From the NCBI GenBank assembly GCA_944392135.1, contig CALXVQ010000001.1:5359-69358 (forward strand): a stretch of DNA of 64,000 nucleotides, given 5' to 3'. This DNA is from an uncultured Rickettsiales bacterium. Its GTDB lineage: Bacteria > Pseudomonadota > Alphaproteobacteria > Rickettsiales > UBA1997. Made by a program: the position numbers and the translations under genes. Numbering within the stretch: position 1 is the first letter of the stretch; each line of letters starts with the position of its first letter. Below, piece after piece: positions 37,265-44,671 of this stretch. Under the pieces are notes generated by a model. That model saw only the letters and a program-made list of their open reading frames with translations, was not told the origin of the DNA and did no database searches.

Positions 37265-38113
37265 CTATTCTCCTTCCTCGTTATTATTATTTAATTTTTG
37301 TTGTTTAATTAATTCTATAATATCATTTATTTTTAATTTTTTATCTGTAAATATATCATCTTTTTTATTATTATTTTTATCAACATTTATATTTTTAGTA
37401 TCATTATTTATATTTACATGAATATCTTTATTTGTATTATCATTAAGATTATTATTTTTAAATTCTTCATTTTCTTCATTTTTAATATCTAAGCCTTTAA
37501 CCATTTTTTCAAAATCAAAAGTTTCATCACTTTCTATATCATTAGAAGAATTATTATTTGTATTAGAAAAAATATTAGCACTTATATTTTTGGCTTCTTC
37601 TTTTATATTTCTGCTATTATTGCTTAAATCATCAGTATCATTTAGTAAATCATTTATTGCAAAATCATCATTAATTTCTATATTTTTTATATTGGTATCA
37701 TTAGCATCTTCTTGTAATTCTAAATCACTAATATTTTGTAAATGTTTTAATACATCGTCATCGTCGTCATCTTTTATATCAAAAGTATCATAATCATAAC
37801 CCCAATCACTAACTTGTTCTTGTTTTATTTCTTCTTCTTTGTGTTGAGCTAATAAGTTATTTACTATACTTATACCTGTAATTAATGTTAATAAAAAATT
37901 AATAAAAATTATTATAAAAATTGGAAATAATACAGATTCAAAATTTTTAATAACTAATATATATGTGATAAAAATTATTAATAAGAGATACACAAAAGAT
38001 AAATCCATTAATTTTCTAATAGGCTTTTCTCTTAAAAAAAATACCAATATTGATATGCTGATTACAGCAAGAATACATATTAAAATAATTATTCTAAAAT
38101 TAAAAATATTCAT
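37265..38113 (-). CDS. membrane protein with three N-terminal TM helices and a long Asn/Asp/Glu-rich low-complexity tail
   Basis: TM helices within the first ~95 aa, then about 185 aa of D/E/N-rich sequence (DIKDDDDDDVLKHL..., NNNLNDNTNKD...). Start and stop are coupled to neighbours. Confidence 0.5.
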   Translation of the reverse strand: MNIFNFRIIILICILAVISISILVFFLREKPIRKLMDLSFVYLLLIIFITYILVIKNFESVLFPIFIIIFINFLLTLITGISIVNNLLAQHKEEEIKQEQVSDWGYDYDTFDIKDDDDDDVLKHLQNISDLELQEDANDTNIKNIEINDDFAINDLLNDTDDLSNNSRNIKEEAKNISANIFSNTNNNSSNDIESDETFDFEKMVKGLDIKNEENEEFKNNNLNDNTNKDIHVNINNDTKNINVDKNNNKKDDIFTDKKLKINDIIELIKQQKLNNNNEEGE

Positions 38114-38403
38114 AAAGTATTAAAACTATATAAATTTAATAAAACTAATAAAACATATAATAAGAAAAACATAAAAATACACAATAATGTTTTACCTATA
38201 AAAATAAAAATAATTAAATTTTTTGGAGTTATAGCTTTATGTCTTAAAAACGAAATAATATATACAAGTAAAAAATATAGCAAAGATACAGCAAAGCTAT
38301 AAAAGCCTATAATTTTATAGTTTGTTATTGAATAAAAACCAAATAATAGCAAAAATGGGATAAAAAATGACATCATCATTCTTAAAATTAAATCACCCTT
38401 CAT
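38110..38403 (-). CDS. small three-TM membrane protein
   Basis: 97 aa, three hydrophobic helices. Overlaps both neighbours by 4 and 11 nt. Sits in the NuoK/MnhB-C position of the operon, but no diagnostic residues were recognised. Confidence 0.45.
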   Translation of the reverse strand: MKGDLILRMMMSFFIPFLLLFGFYSITNYKIIGFYSFAVSLLYFLLVYIISFLRHKAITPKNLIIFIFIGKTLLCIFMFFLLYVLLVLLNLYSFNTL

Positions 38404-39004
38404 CTTTTTCCTCCTCGTCTTCTTCTTTATTTTCTTTTTTATTATAAAAATATAAAATTGTTACTATACACACATATAACATTATTATATGTGTTAATTT
38501 TTGAAATACTTTATTTTGATTTAATATTGAAATATTTTCATTATATTCCATATCTTCATTTTGTTTATTGGATCTAAAATGTCTAATATTAATGTTATGA
38601 GATGTTTGTATATTCCTAACAATATATTCACTATGTGTTGTTGAAATATGATAAAAATTCAAAGCAATCAATATAAAAGATATTAAGAAAAATAAAATAG
38701 CAAGATTTAATTTTAAGTTAATTTTGTTTCTTTCAGCAACATGGCTATCATTATAATCGTTATGTAAGTTAAAAATAAAGAATATAATAGCAAATAAAAA
38801 GAAAATACTAATAATTATAAATTCGGCTAAATATGATTGTTGTACTAAAATTGTAGATGCAATAAAAATAACCAATAAAATGCTAATAAATAGACTTAAA
38901 AAGATGTTATAAATGTTTCTAATAAAAAGTAATGAAGATAATACTAATATTATTAGTACACAGATTAATGGTATATCAAAAATTGCAAATAAAAACTCAA
39001 ACAT
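38393..39004 (-). CDS. polytopic membrane protein, possibly NuoJ/ND6-like, with acidic C-terminal tail
   Basis: SSLLFIRNIYNIFLSLFISILLVIFIASTILVQQSYLAEFIIISIFFLFAIIFF resembles the NuoJ N-terminal pattern (..rN...s.l.l......a......a.flA....vy.gai.vLflFv). Ends in KEEDEEEKDEG. Confidence 0.4.
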   Translation of the reverse strand: MFEFLFAIFDIPLICVLIILVLSSLLFIRNIYNIFLSLFISILLVIFIASTILVQQSYLAEFIIISIFFLFAIIFFIFNLHNDYNDSHVAERNKINLKLNLAILFFLISFILIALNFYHISTTHSEYIVRNIQTSHNINIRHFRSNKQNEDMEYNENISILNQNKVFQKLTHIIMLYVCIVTILYFYNKKENKEEDEEEKDEG

Positions 39005-39123
39005 TTATAAAATATAAAACACATAAACATAATTATATTACAACAAATATTTTTAAACATCAAATGATTTTTAAAATATTTTTATATTTTAGTTATAAAT
39101 AAAATATTATAGAATAAATACAA

Positions 39124-39564
39124 TTATAAATCGCCACTTTTTTCTTTATCGCTTATATAAAATTTATATTGTTTAGGTGTAAATTTAATAATACAATAAT
39201 TTTTATCATCTTTTCCAGAATAACCAAAATTTTTCCAAGAATCGTTCCAAAATTTTGATTTTTCTTCTTGTGAAACAATTATTTCAGCTATACCAAAAAG
39301 TGTCATAGAATGTCTTGTTTCTGGATTAAAATAATAAATACATACATTATTATTGTTTTTTATTTGAGAAATCTTATTTGAATTAATATTTGTTATAAAA
39401 AATAATATAAAATCATTTATATTATTTTTGTCTTTATTTATCATATTAGCAACCATTCTAGTTTCCGGATATGTATTTAAAGCAAAAGTACAAAATTGTG
39501 CTGTTTCACAAGTTGTAATTACATTTAAAATATTTTTCTTTATATCTTCCATTATTATTACCAA
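39124..39564 (-). CDS. pyridoxamine 5'-phosphate oxidase-family FMN-binding protein (general stress protein 26-like)
   Basis: By eye the pattern (..AQFCTFALNTYPETRMV...FFITNINSNKISQIKNNNNVCIYYF......MTLFGIAEIIVSQEEKSKFWND) is consistent with the PNPOx-like split-barrel family. Confidence 0.55.
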   Translation of the reverse strand: MVIIMEDIKKNILNVITTCETAQFCTFALNTYPETRMVANMINKDKNNINDFILFFITNINSNKISQIKNNNNVCIYYFNPETRHSMTLFGIAEIIVSQEEKSKFWNDSWKNFGYSGKDDKNYCIIKFTPKQYKFYISDKEKSGDL

Positions 39565-39696
39565 TAGTAGTATTTATTATAATAATTTATATTGTAAATT
39601 GTTTTTATAAAAAGTAAACTTTTATTTTATATTTTACTTGAATATTCATTTATTTGTTATATTTTTATTCTAGTGATATGTAATAATAAAGCAAGA

Positions 39697-40320
39697 ATGA
39701 TAGGAAAACTTAAAGGTATTGTAGATTCTATTTATGAAGAATATTTAATTCTTGATATCAATGGAGTAGGGTATAGAGTCTTTTGTTCTAATAAAATTTT
39801 ATCTAGTATAGAAATTGGCTCTTCTTTATCTTTAATGATTCAAACTATTGTTCGTGAAGATGCAATTATGCTTTTCGGTTTCTTAAATGATTATGAAAAA
39901 GCTTGGTTTGAGACACTATGTAAAGTTAATGGTATTGGCAATAAAATGGCACTTAAAATTATGGGGGCACTAACCATTGATGAAATTTTAATTGCCATAG
40001 ATAGTCAAGATTCAAAAATGTTTTGTAGAGCTCCTGGTGTAGGACAAAAAATTGCATCAAGAATTATTACAGAGTTAAAAGATATTAGAAAGACATTAGG
40101 TGTTTTTGATAATATTGAAATTAATATAGATACAAACAATAATATTTCAAATAATTTAGATAATGATACTAGACTTAAAGATGCTTTATCTGCACTTGAA
40201 AATTTAGGATATCAAAAAAATGTTGCTTATAATATTATTGTAAGTATTCTTAAAGAAAGGGAAGATATTGTGATTGAGAGTTTAATCACAGAAGCTTTAA
40301 AAAGAATTAATAATTTTTAG
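39697..40320 (+). CDS. ruvA: Holliday junction DNA helicase subunit RuvA
   Basis: MIGKLKGIVDSIYEEYLILDINGVGYRV is the canonical RuvA N-terminus. HhH motifs GIGNKMALKI and GVGQKIASRI. I prefer the ATG at 39697 over the track's GTG at 39673. Confidence 0.9.
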   Translation: MIGKLKGIVDSIYEEYLILDINGVGYRVFCSNKILSSIEIGSSLSLMIQTIVREDAIMLFGFLNDYEKAWFETLCKVNGIGNKMALKIMGALTIDEILIAIDSQDSKMFCRAPGVGQKIASRIITELKDIRKTLGVFDNIEINIDTNNNISNNLDNDTRLKDALSALENLGYQKNVAYNIIVSILKEREDIVIESLITEALKRINNF

Positions 40321-40328
40321 GTAAAATT

Positions 40329-40703
40329 ATGATAAGTGAAAAACAACTTACAAATTTTATGTCATCAATAAATGAACAAAATAAAAATAGTGATAGCAAA
40401 ATCATTGATTTAAGAGATGTTACTATTTTTAATATTAGAAAAAATGCAACTGGATTATATTTTGATATAAAAATTAATAACGAACAAGAAAAAGAAATTA
40501 ATAATTTATGTATTCCAGCACGATTTTATAAAACAAATAAAAATGTTAATACTACAAATAGATCCACAATTAATAAATATACAATTTTTGAATATTTTGT
40601 TCTTTATCCATCAGCCATGGTAAGTCTTGCTATAATATTTGCTGCAATTTTTAAATATGTACCTATTATACAAAGGTTTTTTGATTTTTCTATGCTTTAT
40701 TAA
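40329..40703 (+). CDS. hypothetical small protein with C-terminal TM helix, inserted between ruvA and ruvB
   Basis: 124-aa ORF tightly packed between ruvA (8-nt gap) and ruvB (9-nt gap). Hydrophobic VLYPSAMVSLAIIFAAIF near the C-terminus. Confidence 0.4.
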   Translation: MISEKQLTNFMSSINEQNKNSDSKIIDLRDVTIFNIRKNATGLYFDIKINNEQEKEINNLCIPARFYKTNKNVNTTNRSTINKYTIFEYFVLYPSAMVSLAIIFAAIFKYVPIIQRFFDFSMLY

Positions 40704-40712
40704 GGAGCAAAA

Positions 40713-41726
40713 ATGAACGAAATAATAAAAAATAAAGAAAAAACAGAAAATGATTCTATTGAAAATACACTTAGACCATTATTTTTAAGTGATTTTATAG
40801 GACAACATAAAATTAAAGAAAATTTAAAAGTTTTTATAGAATCTGCAAAAATTAGAAAAGAAACTCTTGATCATACTTTATTTTATGGCCCTCCGGGTTT
40901 AGGTAAAACAACATTATCTCAAATAATAGCACATGAAATGGGAGTTGGTTTTAAAGGTACATCAGGCCCTATTATATCAAAAGCTGGTGATTTAGCTGCT
41001 ATTTTAACTAATTTGCAACCTAATGATATTTTATTTATAGATGAGATTCACAGATTACATACTTCTGTTGAAGAAGTTTTATATTCTGCAATGGAAGATT
41101 ATAAGCTTGATATTATTATTGGTGAAGGACCTGCTGCCAGAACTATAAAAATAGATCTTCCTAAATTTACATTAGTTGGAGCTACAACAAGATTGGGTTT
41201 ATTATCTAACCCTCTTAGAGATAGGTTTGGTATTCCATTAAAATTAAATTTTTACACACCAGAAGAATTACAAAAAATTGTTGAAAGAGATTGTGAAATA
41301 TTAAATGTTTCTATTTCTAGTGAAGCAAGTTATGAAGTCGCAAAAAGATCGAGAGGTACTCCTAGAATTGCAATTAGATTATTAAAAAGAGTTAGAGATT
41401 TTGCAATAGTTGCAAAGAAAAATGAAATTGATTTAGAAATTGTTAAATTAGCATTAGAAAGATTGAATGTTGATGAAATTGGGTTAGATAGTTCAGATAT
41501 TAAATATTTAAAATTTATCATAGAAAATTATGGTGGTGGACCTGTTGGTATAGATACAATATCGGCTGGTTTATCAGAAGAAAGAGATTCTATTGAAGAC
41601 ACTATTGAACCATATTTAATACAACAAGGTTTTATTAATAAAACACCAAGGGGTAGGGTAGCTACTCAAAATGCTTATAAACATTTAAAAATAGATTATA
41701 AAATATCAAACGATAGTTTAATATAA
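40713..41726 (+). CDS. ruvB: Holliday junction DNA helicase RuvB
   Basis: [12 protein letters not shown], Walker [10 protein letters not shown], Walker [10 protein letters not shown], sensor GATTR, RGTPRIA. Confidence 0.95.
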   Translation: MNEIIKNKEKTENDSIENTLRPLFLSDFIGQHKIKENLKVFIESAKIRKETLDHTLFYGPPGLGKTTLSQIIAHEMGVGFKGTSGPIISKAGDLAAILTNLQPNDILFIDEIHRLHTSVEEVLYSAMEDYKLDIIIGEGPAARTIKIDLPKFTLVGATTRLGLLSNPLRDRFGIPLKLNFYTPEELQKIVERDCEILNVSISSEASYEVAKRSRGTPRIAIRLLKRVRDFAIVAKKNEIDLEIVKLALERLNVDEIGLDSSDIKYLKFIIENYGGGPVGIDTISAGLSEERDSIEDTIEPYLIQQGFINKTPRGRVATQNAYKHLKIDYKISNDSLI

Positions 41727-41763
41727 TTGTTGACTTTAATAAAACATAGAATATTATGTCTTT

Positions 41764-41810
41764 TGGAGATGGAGTTCTCCTTTAACCGCAACTAGCTGAT
41801 AACTCCTACT
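41764..41810 (+). promoter_or_regulatory. fluoride riboswitch (crcB RNA motif) candidate
   Basis: UGGAGAUGGAGUUCUCCUUUAACCGCAACUAGCUGAUAACUCCUAC matches the remembered consensus GGnGAUGGnnUUCnCC...AACCGC...GCUGAU.A(nnn)CCUAC. The pseudoknot pair is GGAGU / ACUCC. Located 27 nt upstream of the ATG of a cation/H+ antiporter gene. Confidence 0.68.
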
Positions 41811-41836
41811 TTTAAAAACAATATAAGGAGTTTTGT

Positions 41837-43039
41837 ATGCTTTTTCAAATATTTAGTCTTGTATTTTTAGGTTTAATTATAGATTGGCTTTTTAGAAAAA
41901 TTAAATTACCATCACTTACTGGATGGTTGATTTTTGGTATTATAATTAGTCCTAATACTTATAATTTATTTGGTAGTGAAGTTCTTAGTGTTTCACAAGA
42001 ATTTAAAAATTTAGCATTAATTGTTATTTTATTAAGGGCAGGACTTGAAATAGATTTACAATCACTAAAAAAAATTGGCATTAGAGCTATATTAATGTCA
42101 TTTATCCCTTGTGTTATTGAAATGGTTTTTGTAGCTTTTTCAGCTAATAAATTGTTGGACTTGACATTACTTGAATCATTTATGTTGGGAAGTATTTTAT
42201 CTGCTGTATCACCTGCAATTATTGTTCCTTCTATGATTGATGCAATCAAAGCAAAAAGAGGTATCAAAAAAGGTATCCCTACATTAGTTTTAGCTGGTTC
42301 AAGTTGTGATGATGCTGTGGCTATGGTATTTTGTGCTTCGTTTGTTTCAATGTATATTGGTAGTAATGTAAGTTTAGTTCAAAATTTAGTTGATATTCCA
42401 ATTTCAATTATTGTTGGCATTATAGTTGGTATAGCAATAGCTATAATATTAAATAAAGTGTTTGATAAATTTAACCCACGAGCTACAAAAAGGATTTTAA
42501 TTTTATTATTTATAGCAACGGCACTTTTAAAAATTGAAGAGATTTTGACTATAATTCCATTTTCTGCAATAATTACAATTATGACAATAGGTGTAGTTAT
42601 TTTAAGTAAAAATGAAGTTTATGCCAATGAATTATCTTTAAGATATGGAAAATTATGGATATTTTTACAAATACTATTATTTACATTAGTTGGTATGCAA
42701 ATTGATATAAAAATAGTTTTATCAACTGGTTTGTTAGGGTTTTTAATTATTTTTATTGGACTTTTAGGAAGAAGCATTGGTGTAATTTTATGTTTATTAA
42801 AAAGCGACTTAAATTTCAAAGAAAGATTATTTGTAGTTATTGCATATATTCCAAAAGCAACAGTTCAAGCTGCCATCGGCAGTATGCCACTCAATGCAAT
42901 GCTTACAAACAACTTGCCATCTTTGCCAGGACAAATAATTTTATCAATTGCTGTTTTATCAATTTTAATCACCGCTCCCCTTGGTTCATTTTTAATACAT
43001 TATAGTAGAGATAGATTATTGACAAGGGATATTAAGTAA
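41837..43039 (+). CDS. cation/H+ exchanger (Na_H_Exchanger, CPA family) membrane protein
   Basis: 400 aa, about 11-12 TM helices. LPSLTGWLIFGIIISP...LALIVILLRAGLEIDL...FMLGSILSAVSPAIIV is typical of CPA1/CPA2 antiporters. Confidence 0.78.
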   Translation: MLFQIFSLVFLGLIIDWLFRKIKLPSLTGWLIFGIIISPNTYNLFGSEVLSVSQEFKNLALIVILLRAGLEIDLQSLKKIGIRAILMSFIPCVIEMVFVAFSANKLLDLTLLESFMLGSILSAVSPAIIVPSMIDAIKAKRGIKKGIPTLVLAGSSCDDAVAMVFCASFVSMYIGSNVSLVQNLVDIPISIIVGIIVGIAIAIILNKVFDKFNPRATKRILILLFIATALLKIEEILTIIPFSAIITIMTIGVVILSKNEVYANELSLRYGKLWIFLQILLFTLVGMQIDIKIVLSTGLLGFLIIFIGLLGRSIGVILCLLKSDLNFKERLFVVIAYIPKATVQAAIGSMPLNAMLTNNLPSLPGQIILSIAVLSILITAPLGSFLIHYSRDRLLTRDIK

Positions 43040-43082
43040 TTGTAAATATATTGACTTTATTAGTATTATAGTACTAATAACA

Positions 43083-43188
43083 AGTCTAGCTGGCATTAAA
43101 ATTGAAAATAATGCCAATAAGCTATTTAGCTGGCATTGCAATGCCAACAAAAAGTCTAGTTGGCATTAAAATTAAAAATAATGCTTGC
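43083..43188. repeat. three copies of a TGGCATT...AATGCCA hairpin upstream of fic
   Basis: TGGCATTA-N10-TAATGCCA (43091-43116). A perfect 16-nt palindrome TGGCATTGCAATGCCA (43131-43146). A degenerate third copy (43161-43186). Confidence 0.85.
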
Positions 43189-43244
43189 AAAATATTTAAT
43201 AAAAAATACAATTTTTAGAAGATAATATTAAATAAAAATAAAGA

Positions 43245-44345
43245 ATGAAAGCATTTTTGCCAGAAAAATTACCAATTAAAAATCTTGATTTTGGAAAATT
43301 AATAAATCTTGTTGGTGAAGCTAATAGGATGCTATCATTATATAATGGAACATTAAGGGTAATGATTAACCCACATATACTTTTAGCACCATTAAAAACA
43401 AAAGAAGCTATTTTATCTTCAAGAATTGAAGGTACACAAATATCTTTGACAGAACTAATGCAATATGAAGCTGGTGAAAAATATGATGATAAAAAAAATG
43501 ATGAAGCATTAGAAGTTTTAAATTATAAAAATGCTATGATGGAAGCAGAAGAAATGTTTAGTAATCTTCCTAATATACATTTGAATATGATAAGAAAATT
43601 GCATTCAACTTTGTTAAATAATGTTAGAGGAAATAATAAAGCAAGAGGAGAATTTAGAAAAATACAGGTATATATTGCCAATCCAGGTGATTCTATTGAA
43701 AAAGCTAAATTTATACCACCGGAAGCACAAAATGTTTTACCAGCACTTGATAATTGGGAAAAATATATAAATAATAATGAACAAGAACCGCTAATTCAAT
43801 GTTCTATAATGCATGCACAGTTTGAAATTATACATCCTTTTCTTGATGGAAACGGGCGATTAGGAAGAATGCTAATCCCTTTATTTTTATATCAAAAAAA
43901 TTGTATATCAAAACCTGTATTTTATTTAAGTGAATATTTTGAAAATAACAGAGAAGAATATTATTCAAAATTAAATAATATTACCACAAAAAATGATTGG
44001 AATGAATGGGTTGAATTTTTTCTAAAAGCAATAATAGAACAATCTAAAAAAAATATGAAGAAAGCAGAGGAAATTTTAAAATTATATGAGAATAAAAAAC
44101 AAGATTTTATAAATGCTACACATTCAGAATTTGCATTAAATATTTTAGACAATTTATTTAAAAAACCAATTATTTCAGGTAATGAATTACAAAAATTATC
44201 AGGTATAGCATCTGTAAGAACTGCAAATAGTATATTTAAAAAATTAATTAATAAAAATTTAATGCAAATTAATACTATTGGAAAAGGTACAAAATCAACA
44301 GTATATGCTTTTAATGATTTAATATCTTTAAGTGAAAGTAATTAA
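43245..44345 (+). CDS. Fic/DOC family protein (AMPylase-type), with N-terminal inhibitory-helix-like motif and C-terminal wHTH-like region
   Basis: Catalytic motif HPFLDGNGRLGRML (HxFx[D/E]GNGRxxR). Upstream SSRIEGT resembles the (S/T)xxxE(G/N) alpha-inh motif. Confidence 0.88.
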   Translation: MKAFLPEKLPIKNLDFGKLINLVGEANRMLSLYNGTLRVMINPHILLAPLKTKEAILSSRIEGTQISLTELMQYEAGEKYDDKKNDEALEVLNYKNAMMEAEEMFSNLPNIHLNMIRKLHSTLLNNVRGNNKARGEFRKIQVYIANPGDSIEKAKFIPPEAQNVLPALDNWEKYINNNEQEPLIQCSIMHAQFEIIHPFLDGNGRLGRMLIPLFLYQKNCISKPVFYLSEYFENNREEYYSKLNNITTKNDWNEWVEFFLKAIIEQSKKNMKKAEEILKLYENKKQDFINATHSEFALNILDNLFKKPIISGNELQKLSGIASVRTANSIFKKLINKNLMQINTIGKGTKSTVYAFNDLISLSESN

Positions 44346-44360
44346 TTTTTTAAAAAGTTT

Positions 44361-44390
44361 GCTGGCATTAAAATTGAAAATAATGCCAAC
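44361..44390. repeat. fourth copy of the fic-flanking hairpin, immediately downstream of fic
   Basis: GCTGGCATTAAAATTGAAAATAATGCCAAC is identical in its core to 43089-43118. Confidence 0.85.
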
Positions 44391-44471
44391 AGTACAAAAT
44401 ATAAAATTTCTATATTGACAAATACAACTATAAGTAGTATAATGTTGTTTGTTGAATAAATATTATATTAT

Positions 44472-44609
44472 ATGAAAAAAATATTTATATTATTAATGAT
44501 AATATTTGCAATGGTTAGTTCTATTTCTGTAAGCTATGCTCATAGTGGAAGAACTAATAGTGAAGGTTGTCATCATGACAGAAAAAATGGTGGTTATCAT
44601 TGTCATTAA
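44472..44609 (+). CDS. small secreted YHYH-motif protein (below ORF-track size cut-off)
   Basis: Own translation: MKKIFILLMIIFAMVSSISVSYAHSGRTNSEGCHHDRKNGGYHCH*. A signal peptide is followed by the HSGRT..GCH.D...G.YHCH pattern of the YHYH family. A terminator hairpin follows. Confidence 0.6.
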   Translation: MKKIFILLMIIFAMVSSISVSYAHSGRTNSEGCHHDRKNGGYHCH

Positions 44610-44624
44610 TTTTAATCAAACAAA

Positions 44625-44655
44625 AAGGACACTTTTTAGTGTCCTTAAATTTTTC
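44625..44655. terminator. bidirectional hairpin terminator between the YHYH ORF and gpmI
   Basis: AAGGACACT / AGTGTCCTT 9-bp stem with TTTT loop, flanked by A-rich and T-rich runs. Confidence 0.7.
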
Positions 44656-44671
44656 TAAAATAATCATTAAA

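Noticed and set aside
39673-39696. GTG start at 39673 for ruvA (ORF track)
   Set aside because: The ATG at 39697 gives the canonical RuvA N-terminus MIGKLKG. The extra eight codons (MICNNKAR) are unsupported.
43083-44390. Integron attC or gene-cassette interpretation of the fic-flanking hairpins
   Set aside because: The hairpin ends (GCTGGCA / TGCCAAC) do not fit the RYYYAAC / GTTRRRY core sites, and no intI gene or cassette array is nearby.
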